In this document: positions 36,444 through 48,740 of the stretch, in pieces
Numbering within the stretch: position 1 is the first letter of the stretch
Layout of the letters: every line of letters begins with the position of its first letter
From: Lepidodermella squamata
Taxonomy: Eukaryota; Animalia; Gastrotricha
Reading direction: 5' to 3'
Length of the DNA: 64,000 nucleotides
Assembly: GCA_047495785.1 (NCBI GenBank)
Contig: JBLDXI010000007.1
Location: 4,588,001-4,652,000, forward strand
The notes under the pieces: generated by a model
Seen by the model: only the letters and a program-made list of their open reading frames with translations
Database searches by the model: none
Told to the model about the DNA's origin: nothing
Translations under genes and position numbers: made by a program

Positions 36444-39163
36444 CTACTCGTCGTCGTCGCCGCCGCCGCCGCTGGTGTTGGCGATGTTGGCGATGACGGT
36501 GGCGTCGATCCAGCGCAGCACGTCGGCGTTGATGCGCGCGCCGATGCCGACGCTCTGGCCGCACTCGGCGCCGAAACTCGTCACGCCGATGAGCGTCCAC
36601 TTGGAGCCGGCCTGAGCACCGAACGGCCGGTCCACCGTCGCCCATGGCCCGCCCGAGTCGCCCTGGCACTGGTCGCGGCCGCCGCTGACGCTCGAGCACA
36701 CCTGCGTGGCGTGGTCGTAGGCGATGCGGCTGCTGCTGCTGCCGTTCGCTGATGCTGGCACATCGGCGGCGATGCGCTCGAGGCACTGCTGCTCGCTGAA
36801 CAACTGCCGCACCAGCTTCTGCAGCACGTCTGGAAAGTGCAACTGCGGCTTAGCAGTAGTAGTAGTAGTAGCCGGCATCTTAGCAGCGGCAGGTGGTGGC
36901 GGAGGTGGTTGTTTTGAAGTCACCCGCCCGCCGTCACGGTTCGGTTTCTTCATCGCAGCAGCAGTTGCAGTGGCTTTTCCTGATGATGATGATGCATCGC
37001 CTACTGCTTCATCGTCGTCGTCGTCGTCGTCGTCGTCGTCCTGTTGACTGGCGTTGACTGCATCAGACCGTCGCTTCGGTTTCGCCTTGTTATTATTGTT
37101 GCTACTGCTATGGCCACTGCTATGTGACAGGTGGTGCATGACGAGCAGGCGGTCGACGACTTGGTTGTCGGCGCCGCGGTTGGGCGCATCCGACCGGCCC
37201 CAGCCCGTCATCACGGCGATGCGCCCAGCGTACTCATTCGCAGCAGCAGCAGCACCTGTCGTCGCTGCCTTGTTGCTCTTTTTCTTGTTCTTGTTGCCTC
37301 TAGTCTTAGCATGGTGATGTGCTGATGATGGTGGTGGTGAAGGCAAGCAGATGGGGCTCACCGTCGACGTGTACTCTGCGATCGGCTCTGCGTTGCACAC
37401 ACACACATACAAAAAAAGACAAAGGCTTAATTATCAGGTCCTAGCCATAAATAAAGATGCAGCATAAGTATTTGATGCGCGTAGTAAAAACGAAGCTGAG
37501 CGTGCGCACTGGTGCTGAGCACACCCGAGATAGCGTGGATGGCAAGCGCGGATGATGCGATTCGAAAGCGCGAAAGCTGCTCTTGCAGTGAAGAAACGAC
37601 ATAGTACACTACTGTTGTATGAAGGCGGTCATTACAGGTAATGCGATATGACTCGAACTGACCGGTGAGCTTGACAAGGGCAAAGTCGTACTTGATGTCG
37701 TCGCCGTTGAACTTGGGATGCACGAATATCTGAAACAATCGATTAAGAAGTGCGTCCCGAAGTCCCGAAGCGAGTCATGATGGACTTACATTGCTGCGGT
37801 CGATGCGCCGCAGTAAACTGCCATCATCATCAGCACTGGTAGGTTTCTTAGTCGTCGCCGCCACGGCCGTCTTCGTCTTGGTCTTCGTCTTGGTCATGAT
37901 GGCAGTGATAGCGACGGCGGTGGAGATGCGCGTGGCGCCTAGCAACGCGACGACGCTGACGTTGCGCGCCTGCTTGAACGGCGGCAGGCCGACGCAGTGG
38001 CCGGCGGTGAGCAGCCATCGCCGGTCGATCAGCGCCGCGCCGCACCCTTCCGAATGCCAACTGCTGCTAGGGCCATCATCGCCACGCCTGCTGCTGCTCT
38101 TCTTCTTCTTCTTCATCTTCTTCTTGGCAGCATCATCATCATCGTCTTCGTCGTCGTCGTCGTCTTCATCATCATCGCCGCCATCGCCATCAGCGTCTGA
38201 CTGCTGCGATGGCGGCTGCTGTTTCTCGTAGCTGATGGAGAGGAGGACCTGGTACGGGAACTCGCCGGGGCGCGCGTCGACGCCACCGAGCATGCGCCCC
38301 GTCAGCCGGAACGGGTCGAAGGCGTCGCGGCTCGAGCCACGGCCGCACACCTCGGCGTCGTACGCGTCCAGGATCGCCATCGCACTACGATGATGAGCAT
38401 GCTTAGCATGCCTGCCATGCTTCTTCTTCTTCTTCTGCTGCTGGTTTCGCCCTTTGCTTTTGCTTTTGCTGCTACTGCTCGCATGATGGTGATGATGACC
38501 AGTCGTCACCACCGCCGCCGCTACTAGTTTGTACATGCTTGTCAGTGCCGCCGCCGCCACCTTGCTGTTGTCCTTATTGGCTGTTTTCGACGACGACGAC
38601 GACGACGAGCAGGCTGGTGAGAAGTTGCTGACCAAAGTGCAAGAAACGAAGCTGCTGCCGTTGCTGCTGCTGCTGCTGCTCAATGCCGCGTGATCAACAG
38701 CGAAACCAACGCACCGTTGTTGTTTGCTGGTGGGCTTGTGCTTCGCCGCCTGTGCTTCGCCTTCATGGCTGTTCATGGCTGCGCACTCGACGAAGCAGTC
38801 GACTTCGTTCATGCACCGAACGCACTTTCCGCTGCTGCTGCTGCGTGTGCTTGTGCCACCTTGCTTCTGCTTAGTAGCATTAGTATCGACTGCTGCTGCT
38901 GCTGCTGCGGGCTCGAAGGTGCACACTGCTGCCGATGCGGATGCGGATGCGGATGATGGGTAGAGCCTGATGACTCGATTGCCGTCGATGGTTGCATTCA
39001 ACACCAATGATGATGATAATGGTGGCCGATGAGTAGCCGCAGCTGTAGCAGCAGCAGAATGAGCGCATGTCCATAGCAGGCTCATCATCATCGTCATCGC
39101 CATCGTCATCATGGCGATGACGAATGATGATGACGAATTCATCATCAGCATTTTATTTCTCAC
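36444..39163 (-). CDS. PAN/apple-like + trypsin serine protease, SP4, with large low-complexity insertions
   Basis: GR-MLGG, LTAGHC, YDFALV (short exon ~37664-37730), [10 protein letters not shown], and TSFG in place of TSWG. Confidence 0.88.
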
Positions 39164-40239
39164 TCGCAGCTCACTCGTTGTTATGGAGGCAATAGCAGTG
39201 CTGATATAAGTGAATTAACACAGGTGTACCTATTATGCGATGCGAGGATGCGATGATTTCTAAAAATCAATACGGTAACACAACAAATGCATTATATCGA
39301 TACATGATTTATACGTTGCAAACGCCTTGTTATTATTTGCATCCGCATACTATATGGATGGATAGCGCACGGCTATTACTACTACTACTACTACTACTAG
39401 TAGGACTACCAGGACTACTAGGAATGCACTTCGTAGCTGATTTTGGCTGATCGCGCCTACCGATGCGTGTACCGATTTGCCACCGCCGATTTGCCTGCTG
39501 CGAAGTACAGGGGTGCTAGGGTGTCATCGCGACTCCCCAGCAGTAGCTCCGGGACTCCAAACAGAGAACGGAGGCTAGACAATCCACAAGGAAGGGGAGT
39601 GGGTAGGTTTGGTTTCTTTGGTTTCTTCGGCTGGGTGCTAGAAACTTGCTAGAAACACCACCTCATCTCCCGGATACTACTTATTCGCACACTGCTGCTG
39701 CTGCTGTCAACCCTTAAAACTCGCGTTGTGTAAGCTACTATAGACCAAGTACTACAAAAAAAGAATTAGCGTAAGCGCAGTCGGGTCGCATCATTGCAGT
39801 CGGGCGCGAATAGGCAGATAGATGGATGATGCGCTAATACATAGGTGGGTATCTATCGCAAAAAAATCACGCCCGATGGCCGGATGACTGACTGACCGTG
39901 TAATTAATTGGTAGGCTCACCTTATACCTCTGCTGTCAGGAGTTTATAGATACTCAGTGACTCATCATCAGTGACTACCCTACTTAGTACTTTGTAAGCT
40001 ACTGTTCAGCCTGTTGCTGGCTGGCTGGCTGCACGTGCAATCATAATTTTAATAATCACTAAGAATTAAGAAGACTGAGACGCAGTCTGAGACGGTATTA
40101 AGCGATCACATTTTTTATTACGACGGCTCAATACTTGTTAGTTTTCGTTAATTTCATCTTCTGCTACTTCGATCAGTAATTAACACGGGTGGCTCAAGTT
40201 GCCGGTGGTGGTGGTGCGACTGCTGCATCATGGTTATTG

Positions 40240-42444
40240 CTACTTCGTCTTCTTCTTCTGCTGCTGCTGCTTATCCTTTATTTTAGCAACCACCTTCTGT
40301 TGCTGCTTGATCATTTTGCCATTTGCTGATGATGATGATGATGATTTCGACTGCCGTCCGCTGCCGATGTTGTTGGCGTTGGCGTTGGCGTCGCTATTTC
40401 CTTCTGTTTCGTCTGTATTTTGCTGCTGCTGCTGGCTGTTGTTGTCATCAGCTGACGATGCCGGCGGTTCACTCACCTCCGGCTCAACAGTCGTAGCCAA
40501 AGTCGTAGTCTCTGCAGTAGTAGTAGTAGTAGTAGTTGTCGTAGCCGACGCCTTATTGTTATTGTTGCCAGCAGCCGCAGTAATAGCAGTAGCCGCTGCT
40601 GCTGTAGTGCGGCGGATCCAGTCGAGCGTGTCGTTGGAGATGCGCGCGCCCACGCCCACGCCGGTGCCGCACGCCATCGAGCCCCAACTCGTCGCCGCTA
40701 TGAGTGTCCATTTCGAGCCGGCTCGATCGCCGAACGGCCGGTCGACGACCACCCACGGCCCGCCCGAGTCGCCCTGGCACTGGTCGCGGCCGCCGGCCCC
40801 GCTCGAGCAGATCATCAGCTCGCGGTCGATGCCGTTGATCTGCTCGTCGCAGTCCGCCGCCGAGATGATGCGCCGCGGCACCCACTGCTGCACGTCCGGG
40901 ATGTTGCTCATCAACTGCATAATGCATAATTAAAATGACAAAACTGTGAGTGAGAGTTGAATGAATCATCAAAAAAATCAAAGACAAAACAACGATTGAA
41001 AGCAATGGGTAATTATTTGCGGTGGTATTAACGCTATGAATGCTGTTGCGGTTACCTTTTGGCGGTTCGGCAGCGACGTGAGACCACGGCCGCGGCCGAC
41101 GGGCTGCGCGGCGACGACGCGGTCGAGGTCTTCGAGCGTGAGGTTCGAGTGGCGCGTCTCCGGCGACACGCCCCACCCCACCATGAGCGCCACCCGGTTC
41201 TCGTACGTGTTCGCCGACGCGACGCCCAACGGCAGGCACACCGGCCGCACGTACGCGCTGTACTTGCCGATCGGAGCTATCGCATATAAGACATATCAAG
41301 TAAGTAGATACATAGATACCTGATACACCTGGTAGAACTTACGGTCGAGACGCACGAGCGCAAAGTCGTAGTGGAACTTGGTGATGTCGAAGCGCGGGTG
41401 CACGAACACGTTGCGCGACAGGTCGTTGGCGCTGCGCACGGCTCGCACGATCTGGAAGTTGTCGGCGCCGACCAGCCGGAACCGCCCGATCGACACGTTC
41501 ACCGCCAGCTCTTTGCCATTCATCATACTGCGTAACAAAAACAGAGTATGAGATGATAGATGAAAGACGATGAGAGGAAACTCCCGAACTCACTCGGGGC
41601 CGAAGCAGTGGCCGGCGGTGAGCACCCAGCGGCGGTCGATGAGCGAGCCGCCGCACATGCTGTGCTGAACCTTGCCATCCGGCGACGGCGACTTCCACGT
41701 GTACGTGAGAAGGACCTGGAACGGGAACTCGCCCTTCTCGGCGTCGGCGCCCGTGACGATGCGCCCGCGCACCCGGAAGTGGTCCCACGAGTCGCGCCTC
41801 GACCCGGCTCCGCATTCCGCCGGGTTGAACGCGTCCAGCACCGCATCACCAGCACCGCCATTTCTCGCTTTCTTAGCATCATCATCATCATCACTGCCTT
41901 TGTTGCTGCTTGACGACGAAGATGAAGATGAAGATGGGCGCGCTTCAACCGCCACTTTGCGATAGTACGCCGATGACGATAACCCAGTCGATGATGAGGC
42001 TGACCTTTTAGCTGTTTCGTTGCACGGCGTGAAAGCGGCCGCCAACAGGCACGACGTCGCATTGCCACTGCCATCCGCATCGGTGAGCAGGACAAATCCG
42101 ACGCATTGCTGCTGCTTGTTGCCTTGTTCAGTTGCGGCGTCGGCGCTGCGGGCGTGCATGACGCACTCGACGGCGCAGTCGGTGAACGTGGCGCAGCGCA
42201 CGCAGGCGGCGCGGTACGCCGGCGTCACCGCCACGTGCCCGCACACGTCCGCACCGTCGGCCGCCACGAACCGCCAGTCGTCGAGCACGCGGTCGCTGCC
42301 ACCACCACCACTCGTGCCAGCACCATGTTGTCGCAAATCGTTGACTAGCTGGCCAGCCTCGACGATCACTGCCGCCCATGTGACCATGACGACGACGACG
42401 ACTAGAGTCATCGGTGAATAGGTTATACCACGCCGAGTATTCAT
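40240..42444 (-). CDS. PAN/apple-like + trypsin serine protease, SP5, with low-complexity C-terminal tail
   Basis: [28 protein letters not shown]. Confidence 0.9.
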
Positions 42445-43447
42445 TTTCGTTGCTATCGTTCAAATACCTACTACCGTCTGGCTGTGGAGCTGTGGCTCTA
42501 TCGCGCTTCACAACACTGAAGCAGCTGTGAAGCAGCCCACGATCATGCGAATAATAATTGTTATTCACCCGCCGGGAATTTCTTCACTCATCAACGACAT
42601 ACAGCCGTGGGTGGACCACCCAGTAGACTCGTTGCTCGCCGCCGCCGCCGTTCTCGTTGGAAATCGAATCACGTCTTTTCGACACTACTCGGCGGATAAT
42701 CAGCTCATCGTTTATCGACATTCTTCTCACCTACTAAACAGGATTACGCAGTTGAAGACCGACATTTCACGTAAAATAAGTTGATTTGCGAAGACTTTGA
42801 TACCATAGCATAGTATAGTATAGTATAATACTATACTCAACAAAATTAAAGATCAGCGTAGTATTTGTCATCGGAACTGTACGCAATCATTCGAAATGCG
42901 AGATTTGAAACAACATAAACGAGGCTTGCCGGCATCGCTCGCTCGATCGTAATGTTATCAGTTTTCGCCTTCTTGCGCGAAGAACGGGACATTTAGGTGC
43001 TAAAATAGGCGCAACTTTGGGGCAGCTACTGTTTCTTGATGATGAGCATCAAAGCGAGATAGATTCTTAGATCGTCGCTGGAATGAGCTCGCTCATCCAA
43101 CAAGTTGTTCAGTGGTCATTTCATACGAAAAATCTCGTACTCAAATCGACTCATCAAAAATAGTTGCTTCTTTGTTAGTTTGAAAGTACGCTTTTCCACT
43201 GTCGGTTATAACTCAAAACAATTAGTCGCAGACGGAAAAGAGTCCCATTTCTAAAGACTGTTCTAAAGCCGGGAATAACGGGGCTGGGGAAATGTGAAAT
43301 TTATGGTACTATACAAAGAAGAACACACACGTCGAACGTAATATCGCTTTTATTAGCTAGCAGTGACAACGCAGGTGTGCAACATTGCGGATGACGCCAT
43401 CGTAGTAGGAACGCAGAATAACGCAGAAGCCGAACCACGCGATGCGC

Positions 43448-45627
43448 TTAGTCGCGCGAGCGCATGCGGCTGTGCTTGGCCGTGACGTCGCGGATCCAGC
43501 GCAGGATGTCGCCGGTGATGCGCGCGCCCACGCCCACGCCCTTGCCGCAGTCGCCGCCCCAGCTCGTCACCGCGATCAGCGTCCATTTCGAGCCGACCTG
43601 AGCGCCGAACGGCCGATCCACCGTCGCCCATGGCCCGCCCGAGTCGCCCTGGCACTGGTCGCGGCCGCCCGACCGGCTCGAGCAGACCATGACCGGCGGC
43701 TGGAAGTTCTTGATGCGGTCGACGCACTCGTCGCTGGTGAGCAGCCGTCGCGGCAGCTTCTGCAACACATCGGGCAGGTAGACGGGCGGCGGCGTGGCGG
43801 CGGAGTGGCTGCGCGACAGGCCCTCAAGGCCGGTGCGGTCGAAGATCACCGTCAGGTCCTTCGCCGTGATGTTGGAGTGGCGGCGCGAGTGCGACACGCC
43901 CCAGCCCGTCGTCACTACGACGCGGTTCGAGAAGTCGGCGACCGGCTCCGACGGCAGGCAGATCGGCGCCACCGTGTCCGAGTACGAGCGCAGAGGGGCT
44001 GTTCAACAGCAAGATGAAAGATGAAATCAGCATTATAATCATATTGCATAAAAACTTACTCTTGAGGCGGACGAGGGCAAAGTCGTTGCTGAAGGTGCGG
44101 GCGTTGTACTTCGGGTTCACGAAGATGTTGGACGCCTGCGCCGCGCTGTAGTTGTCCTCGAGGGTGACCACCTCGAAGATGTCCGCAGACAGCAGTTTGT
44201 GCCGGCCCAGCGACCCGCGGATCAGCAAGTCCTTCGCCTCGCGCACTCTACAGTAGAACAGTAGTATATACAACACATCAGGGTTAGAGAGATGCCGAAC
44301 GCATCATCGTCTTACGCGGGTGGGAAGCAGTGGGCGGCGGTGAGGATCCACTCGCGGTCGATGATCGCCCCGCCGCACATGTTGCTCTCCGAGTCCGTGT
44401 CGTCCTTCCTGCAAGGCAAAATAAGGCGGTGGTTTGAGAATGCAGTGGGCTTAGTATGCAATTACAACATACGTGAACTGAATGGCGATGAGGACCTGGT
44501 AAGGGAACTCGCCCTTGACGGCGTCGGCGCCCCTGATGATGCGCCCCTGCAGCATGAACGGGTCGAAGTGCGAGCGCAGCAGGCCGGCGCCGCACACGCG
44601 CGGGTCGAACGCGTCGATGCTGCGCCTCGCCTGGTTGTTCGTGGGTGCCTGCTGTTGCGGGGGACGGCGGTAAGCCTGACGACCGCCCACGCCACCACCA
44701 CCGCCACCATCACCACTATTCGGTTGCTCTTCGTTGTTGTTGTCTTTGTTAGCATCCTGCTCAGCCGTGGCATCAGTGCCTTCTCGTTGTTGTTGTTGTT
44801 GCTGTTCCGGCTGTTGTTGGAGGGTTCTCCTTCGGCGGCGCCGGTCGTTGCGCCGGTCGTTGCGCAGATGCCCGTAGCCGCCTGACTGTGGCGCGGCGCC
44901 GACGTCGTCGCTGATAGGCACCATGCGGTAGTAGGTCTTGTAGAGGCCGCCGCCGACGCCGTTGCCCCGCTGCTGGCGGCGCATGCGCAGTTCCCGCTGC
45001 GTGCACGGCGTCAACGTGGCGGCGAGCTGGCACGATTTGAAGCCGCCTTGATCACCCTTATTGCCACCAGCACCTTGCCGTCTGCGATGATGGCCCTGCT
45101 GCTGCCGGGTGGTGACTAGTTGGAAGCCGACGCAGCGGCGGAACTGGCGGGCGCCGGCGGTGTTGCCATCGTCGTCGTCGGGCGCGTGCAGCGAGCACTC
45201 GATGGCGCAGTCGATGGCGTGCTCGCACGACGGGCAGTCGGACCGAGACGAGACGGGCCCCCGCGCCGCCGCCGCCACCGATGCCGACGAACACACGCGC
45301 TCGTCCTCCTCGAACGCCACGCCTGTCAGTCGCGATCAATCAGCAATCATAATTATTAAGCTTATGATAATTCGGAGTGAACTAACCGTTGACTACAATT
45401 TGATTCACCTTGAATTGACTGCTCGGCGGTGCCAGCAACAGCAGAGCCACCAGTATTAGGCTAACAATAGGAGAGAGAGCCGGTGATGCTGGACGGGCAG
45501 CATGGCCGTGTCGCCGTAGTTGATGCCGTTGCAGAAGAACCGTGATCATAGTATTATCCAAGCAGTAGTAGTAGTACATGAATATTATCACGGCGGCGGT
45601 AACACATGCTGCTGCCGACGAAGCCAA
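43448..45627 (-). CDS. PAN/apple-like + trypsin serine protease, SP6 (start 45627 or 45549)
   Basis: [40 protein letters not shown] phase-1 first intron follows ...QIVVNG. Confidence 0.88.
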
Positions 45628-46176
45628 CGAGACACCAGCCCAAGCCGACGAGTTGGTTCAACTCATCAAAATGCAAGCATTCAGATGTTCGGTTGTGGAA
45701 CAGCTGATGATGTATCTCATCTCGAGACTGCTCCGCCGTACTCCCCTTCCCGCCTCAGTGTGATTGCGCATTCAACTCACGTCACGTCAAGGCAGCACGA
45801 TTTTCATTCGGATGCTTCTCATTTTTACTAAAGGAAATCATGGAAGAATTAGACAGGGAATGTTCGAAATTATTGCGGATGAGTAAAATTGACAAGAAAT
45901 CAACTTTGATTCAAAAATATCCTCCAGCAGCTGCATTAAGAATCCTTCATTATTGTTGTCGCTGGATTCTGCTCTGTTTCTTGTAGTCTCTATAAGTGTA
46001 CATATCGATTATATTCAAGCAAACTACTGCATCATAGGGATTGCCAGAAATGTGATCAAGTCTGTGTTGCATGTTTATTTTTCACACTTGTTCAACTTGT
46101 ACAGCAATAAAAACTAGAACGAAACGGGCATCATTTATCGACAACTAATTATTTGAACACTCTAACACTCTAACAC

Positions 46177-47712
46177 TCAAGTATCAGCGGTCAGTTCAGT
46201 ACCACTCTGAATATTATCATCATGTGAATCATTTCTGTTCGACGAGTCGTCGGTTTTATCATCTAGTGGAGCATCCCTGTCGCCAACAACCGTTGCCTGC
46301 TCACTTTCAACAACTGTTCCAGTTGCTTGACTCGCCGCGAGGTGTTGCGCGGTTTTCGCGGCGAGAAAGTCGGTGACTTGCTGGTGCTGGCACAGGTTGG
46401 CGTACCACAGCGGCGGCTTGCCGGCCGAGTCGGGCACGTGGATGGCGGGCGGGTGCCGCTCGTACAACAGCCGCACGGCGTCGACGTGGCCGTAGTAGGC
46501 GGCGGCGAACAGCGGCGTCCACCCGTCACCGTCGCGCTCGCGCACCGCGTCCGGGTGCGCGTCGCACAGCGCGGCGACGACGCCCGGGTCCGCCTTGAAG
46601 CAGGCGAGGCGCAGCGGCGTCGCGCCCCCGCCGTCGCGCACCCGCGCCGCCGCCGGACACGCCTCGAGCAGCGTCTCCACCAGCAGCGCGTCGCCGTTGA
46701 ACGCCGCCGTGTGCAGCGGCAGACGGCCATCCCGGGCGGCGACCATCGCTGCGGACGCGTCGGCCTGCAGCAGGCGCCGCGTCAGCTCGTAGGCCCCGCT
46801 GAACACGGCGGCGTGCAGCGCGGTGTAGCCGTCGCCGTCCACCGCCCGCAGCAGCGAGGCGGTGCCGCGTGGGGAGGAGTAGGCCCCTGCCGACAGCAGG
46901 TCTGTCACGCGGTCGAGGTCCGAGTCGAAGGCGGCCGACACGATGTCCGGCCGTGGTTTATTGTCAGCGGCAGCGCCTGGCCTGCCGCCTGGCGGCTCCG
47001 GCGAGTCGGCCGTCGACGACAGCAGCGTCGACGACACCGCCGTTGACGAGCTACTGTTCTTGAGAATCGACGTCGTCGTCTTCGGCCGCGGTGACACTTG
47101 CGACAGCTGCTGCGGCGCCGCTTTCACCCTTCCGAAGGCAGGCTTCGGCAGGAAATGCACATTCGGCCGGAAGCTCGGCTTCATCGCGATCCCGCTACTG
47201 CTACCATTGCTAGTAGTAGCAGCTACCGCTGTTGATGCTGCTGCTGTCACTGAGGTTGGCAGAGAGGCAGCCATGGTGGCGCTCATCTCGTTGACAGACT
47301 GCTGCTGCTGCTGATGTTGTTGTTGTTGAGCACGTCTTCGCTGGGAATATGTCGCCACGCTGGTGGTTCTCGGTTTGCTGCTGCGAGGAGACTCGCCCGA
47401 GGACGGAGGAGCCGGCGGGGGCGCTCCAGCGGCTGCTCCGTGATTTTCGAATGCTAGTACACTTGAGCGAACAAACGCCGCATTGTTGTTGTTGCTGTTG
47501 TTCGACGCTGTTGCGGCGGCGGTGTTGAACCACATGGACGGCGGCGGTTTTCGGGACAGGTTGATGCCGCGACCGCCCAGCGCGAGTTCGGCAGCGACGG
47601 GGGCGCCACGCACGCCGTCGACCAGCGGCGCCACAGCCGGCGCCACGCCCACCGATTCGTGATGCAGCAAGTTGTTGAGCTTGGGCGGCGAGCGGAAAAC
47701 GGGGCGTTTCAT
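46177..47712 (-). CDS. Ankyrin-repeat protein with disordered N-terminal half
   Basis: About five ankyrin repeats: DGYTALHAAV, DGRLPLHTAA, GGATPLRLAC, DGWTPLFAAA, AGKPPLWYAN. Uninterrupted 511-aa ORF. Confidence 0.88.
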   Translation of the reverse strand: MKRPVFRSPPKLNNLLHHESVGVAPAVAPLVDGVRGAPVAAELALGGRGINLSRKPPPSMWFNTAAATASNNSNNNNAAFVRSSVLAFENHGAAAGAPPPAPPSSGESPRSSKPRTTSVATYSQRRRAQQQQHQQQQQSVNEMSATMAASLPTSVTAAASTAVAATTSNGSSSGIAMKPSFRPNVHFLPKPAFGRVKAAPQQLSQVSPRPKTTTSILKNSSSSTAVSSTLLSSTADSPEPPGGRPGAAADNKPRPDIVSAAFDSDLDRVTDLLSAGAYSSPRGTASLLRAVDGDGYTALHAAVFSGAYELTRRLLQADASAAMVAARDGRLPLHTAAFNGDALLVETLLEACPAAARVRDGGGATPLRLACFKADPGVVAALCDAHPDAVRERDGDGWTPLFAAAYYGHVDAVRLLYERHPPAIHVPDSAGKPPLWYANLCQHQQVTDFLAAKTAQHLAASQATGTVVESEQATVVGDRDAPLDDKTDDSSNRNDSHDDNIQSGTELTADT

Positions 47713-48279
47713 TTATTCGTTCAACTGGTGAGCAGGGTATAACTCGGCGGAAAACGACACAGCCTCGCGACAATTAAGTATCTTGCAGAAGAAGTAGCAA
47801 GTAGTAGGTGTATTATGGGGGTGGTGCTGCTGTTTCGAGGCTTCGTTGCCGGCGTCGAGGTGTGAACGCGATGATCCGCTATCGCTGCAACGAAGCCGCA
47901 GTCGCAGTCGTTCCTATGCGCGATCAGCCCCACTGCTCCAAGTAACCATTGTGCATAGAAAACAATGCAGCACATCGATCGACATCATAATCGCTTCACA
48001 CCTGTTAGCGCTTCGCTTCTATATACTTATTATACCGATGTATGCATTAATAAAGCCGCACTGTACTACGCTACGCCCATTACGCGAGCATTGATTTTGC
48101 ATTTGCTTATTGGCTTTGCAATCAACATTCTATTATCTGCTCGACAACCTATACCACCTCACCTATACAACCCCATATAAAAATCATTTTTCGGATAGCT
48201 CAGTGTGAATATTTAGATTAGGGCCAAAGTTCACATTAAAGCGAGATGAAAAAATTGTGTGTAGATTTAAAAATAAATA

Positions 48280-48740
48280 AAATAAATTGCGGGTTGAGGG
48301 ATTTGAAGTCGATAGATTAATTGAAAAACAACGGCTTAATTACCTAGGACATATAATAAGGATGGTAACGTTTGTCGATGAAAAGGGTGACCCGATACCA
48401 CCGGGGCCAGTATACGACCTTTACAGGTGGGTAGCGCCTAAAGAATAGCAGAGACCGGTAGGGAGACCTCGAACTAGGTGGCTAGATTCGGTAGAAAGAA
48501 GTCTGAGAAGAGTGGGTCTTACAACCGAAAATATAATAAGGAAAAAACTGACGGGTCCCGTGGCAGACCTCGTAAAGATGGTAGCAATATAACCGAAATT
48601 ATCAAAATAACTGTTGACTGGACATTGACCGAAACAAGTGCACTAGATCGAGACGAATGGCGTAAAATTGTCGAGACTTTGGAAAATTTTGAAATTTACA
48701 ACAAAAGCAAGATACTTTCGGACGTGGGGGCGGGTGACTG
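48280..48740 (+). mobile_element. 3' remnant of an RTE-like non-LTR retrotransposon
   Basis: Reads RLNYLGHIIRM...RPVGRPRTRWLDSVERSL and ALDRDEWRKIV, with stops and frame changes. Same C-terminal motifs as the 25.7-kb element. Confidence 0.7.

Noticed and set aside
30228-47773. Many long overlapping Arg/Ala-rich ORFs in alternative frames
   Set aside because: These are expected from very high GC3 in the real protease and ankyrin exons.
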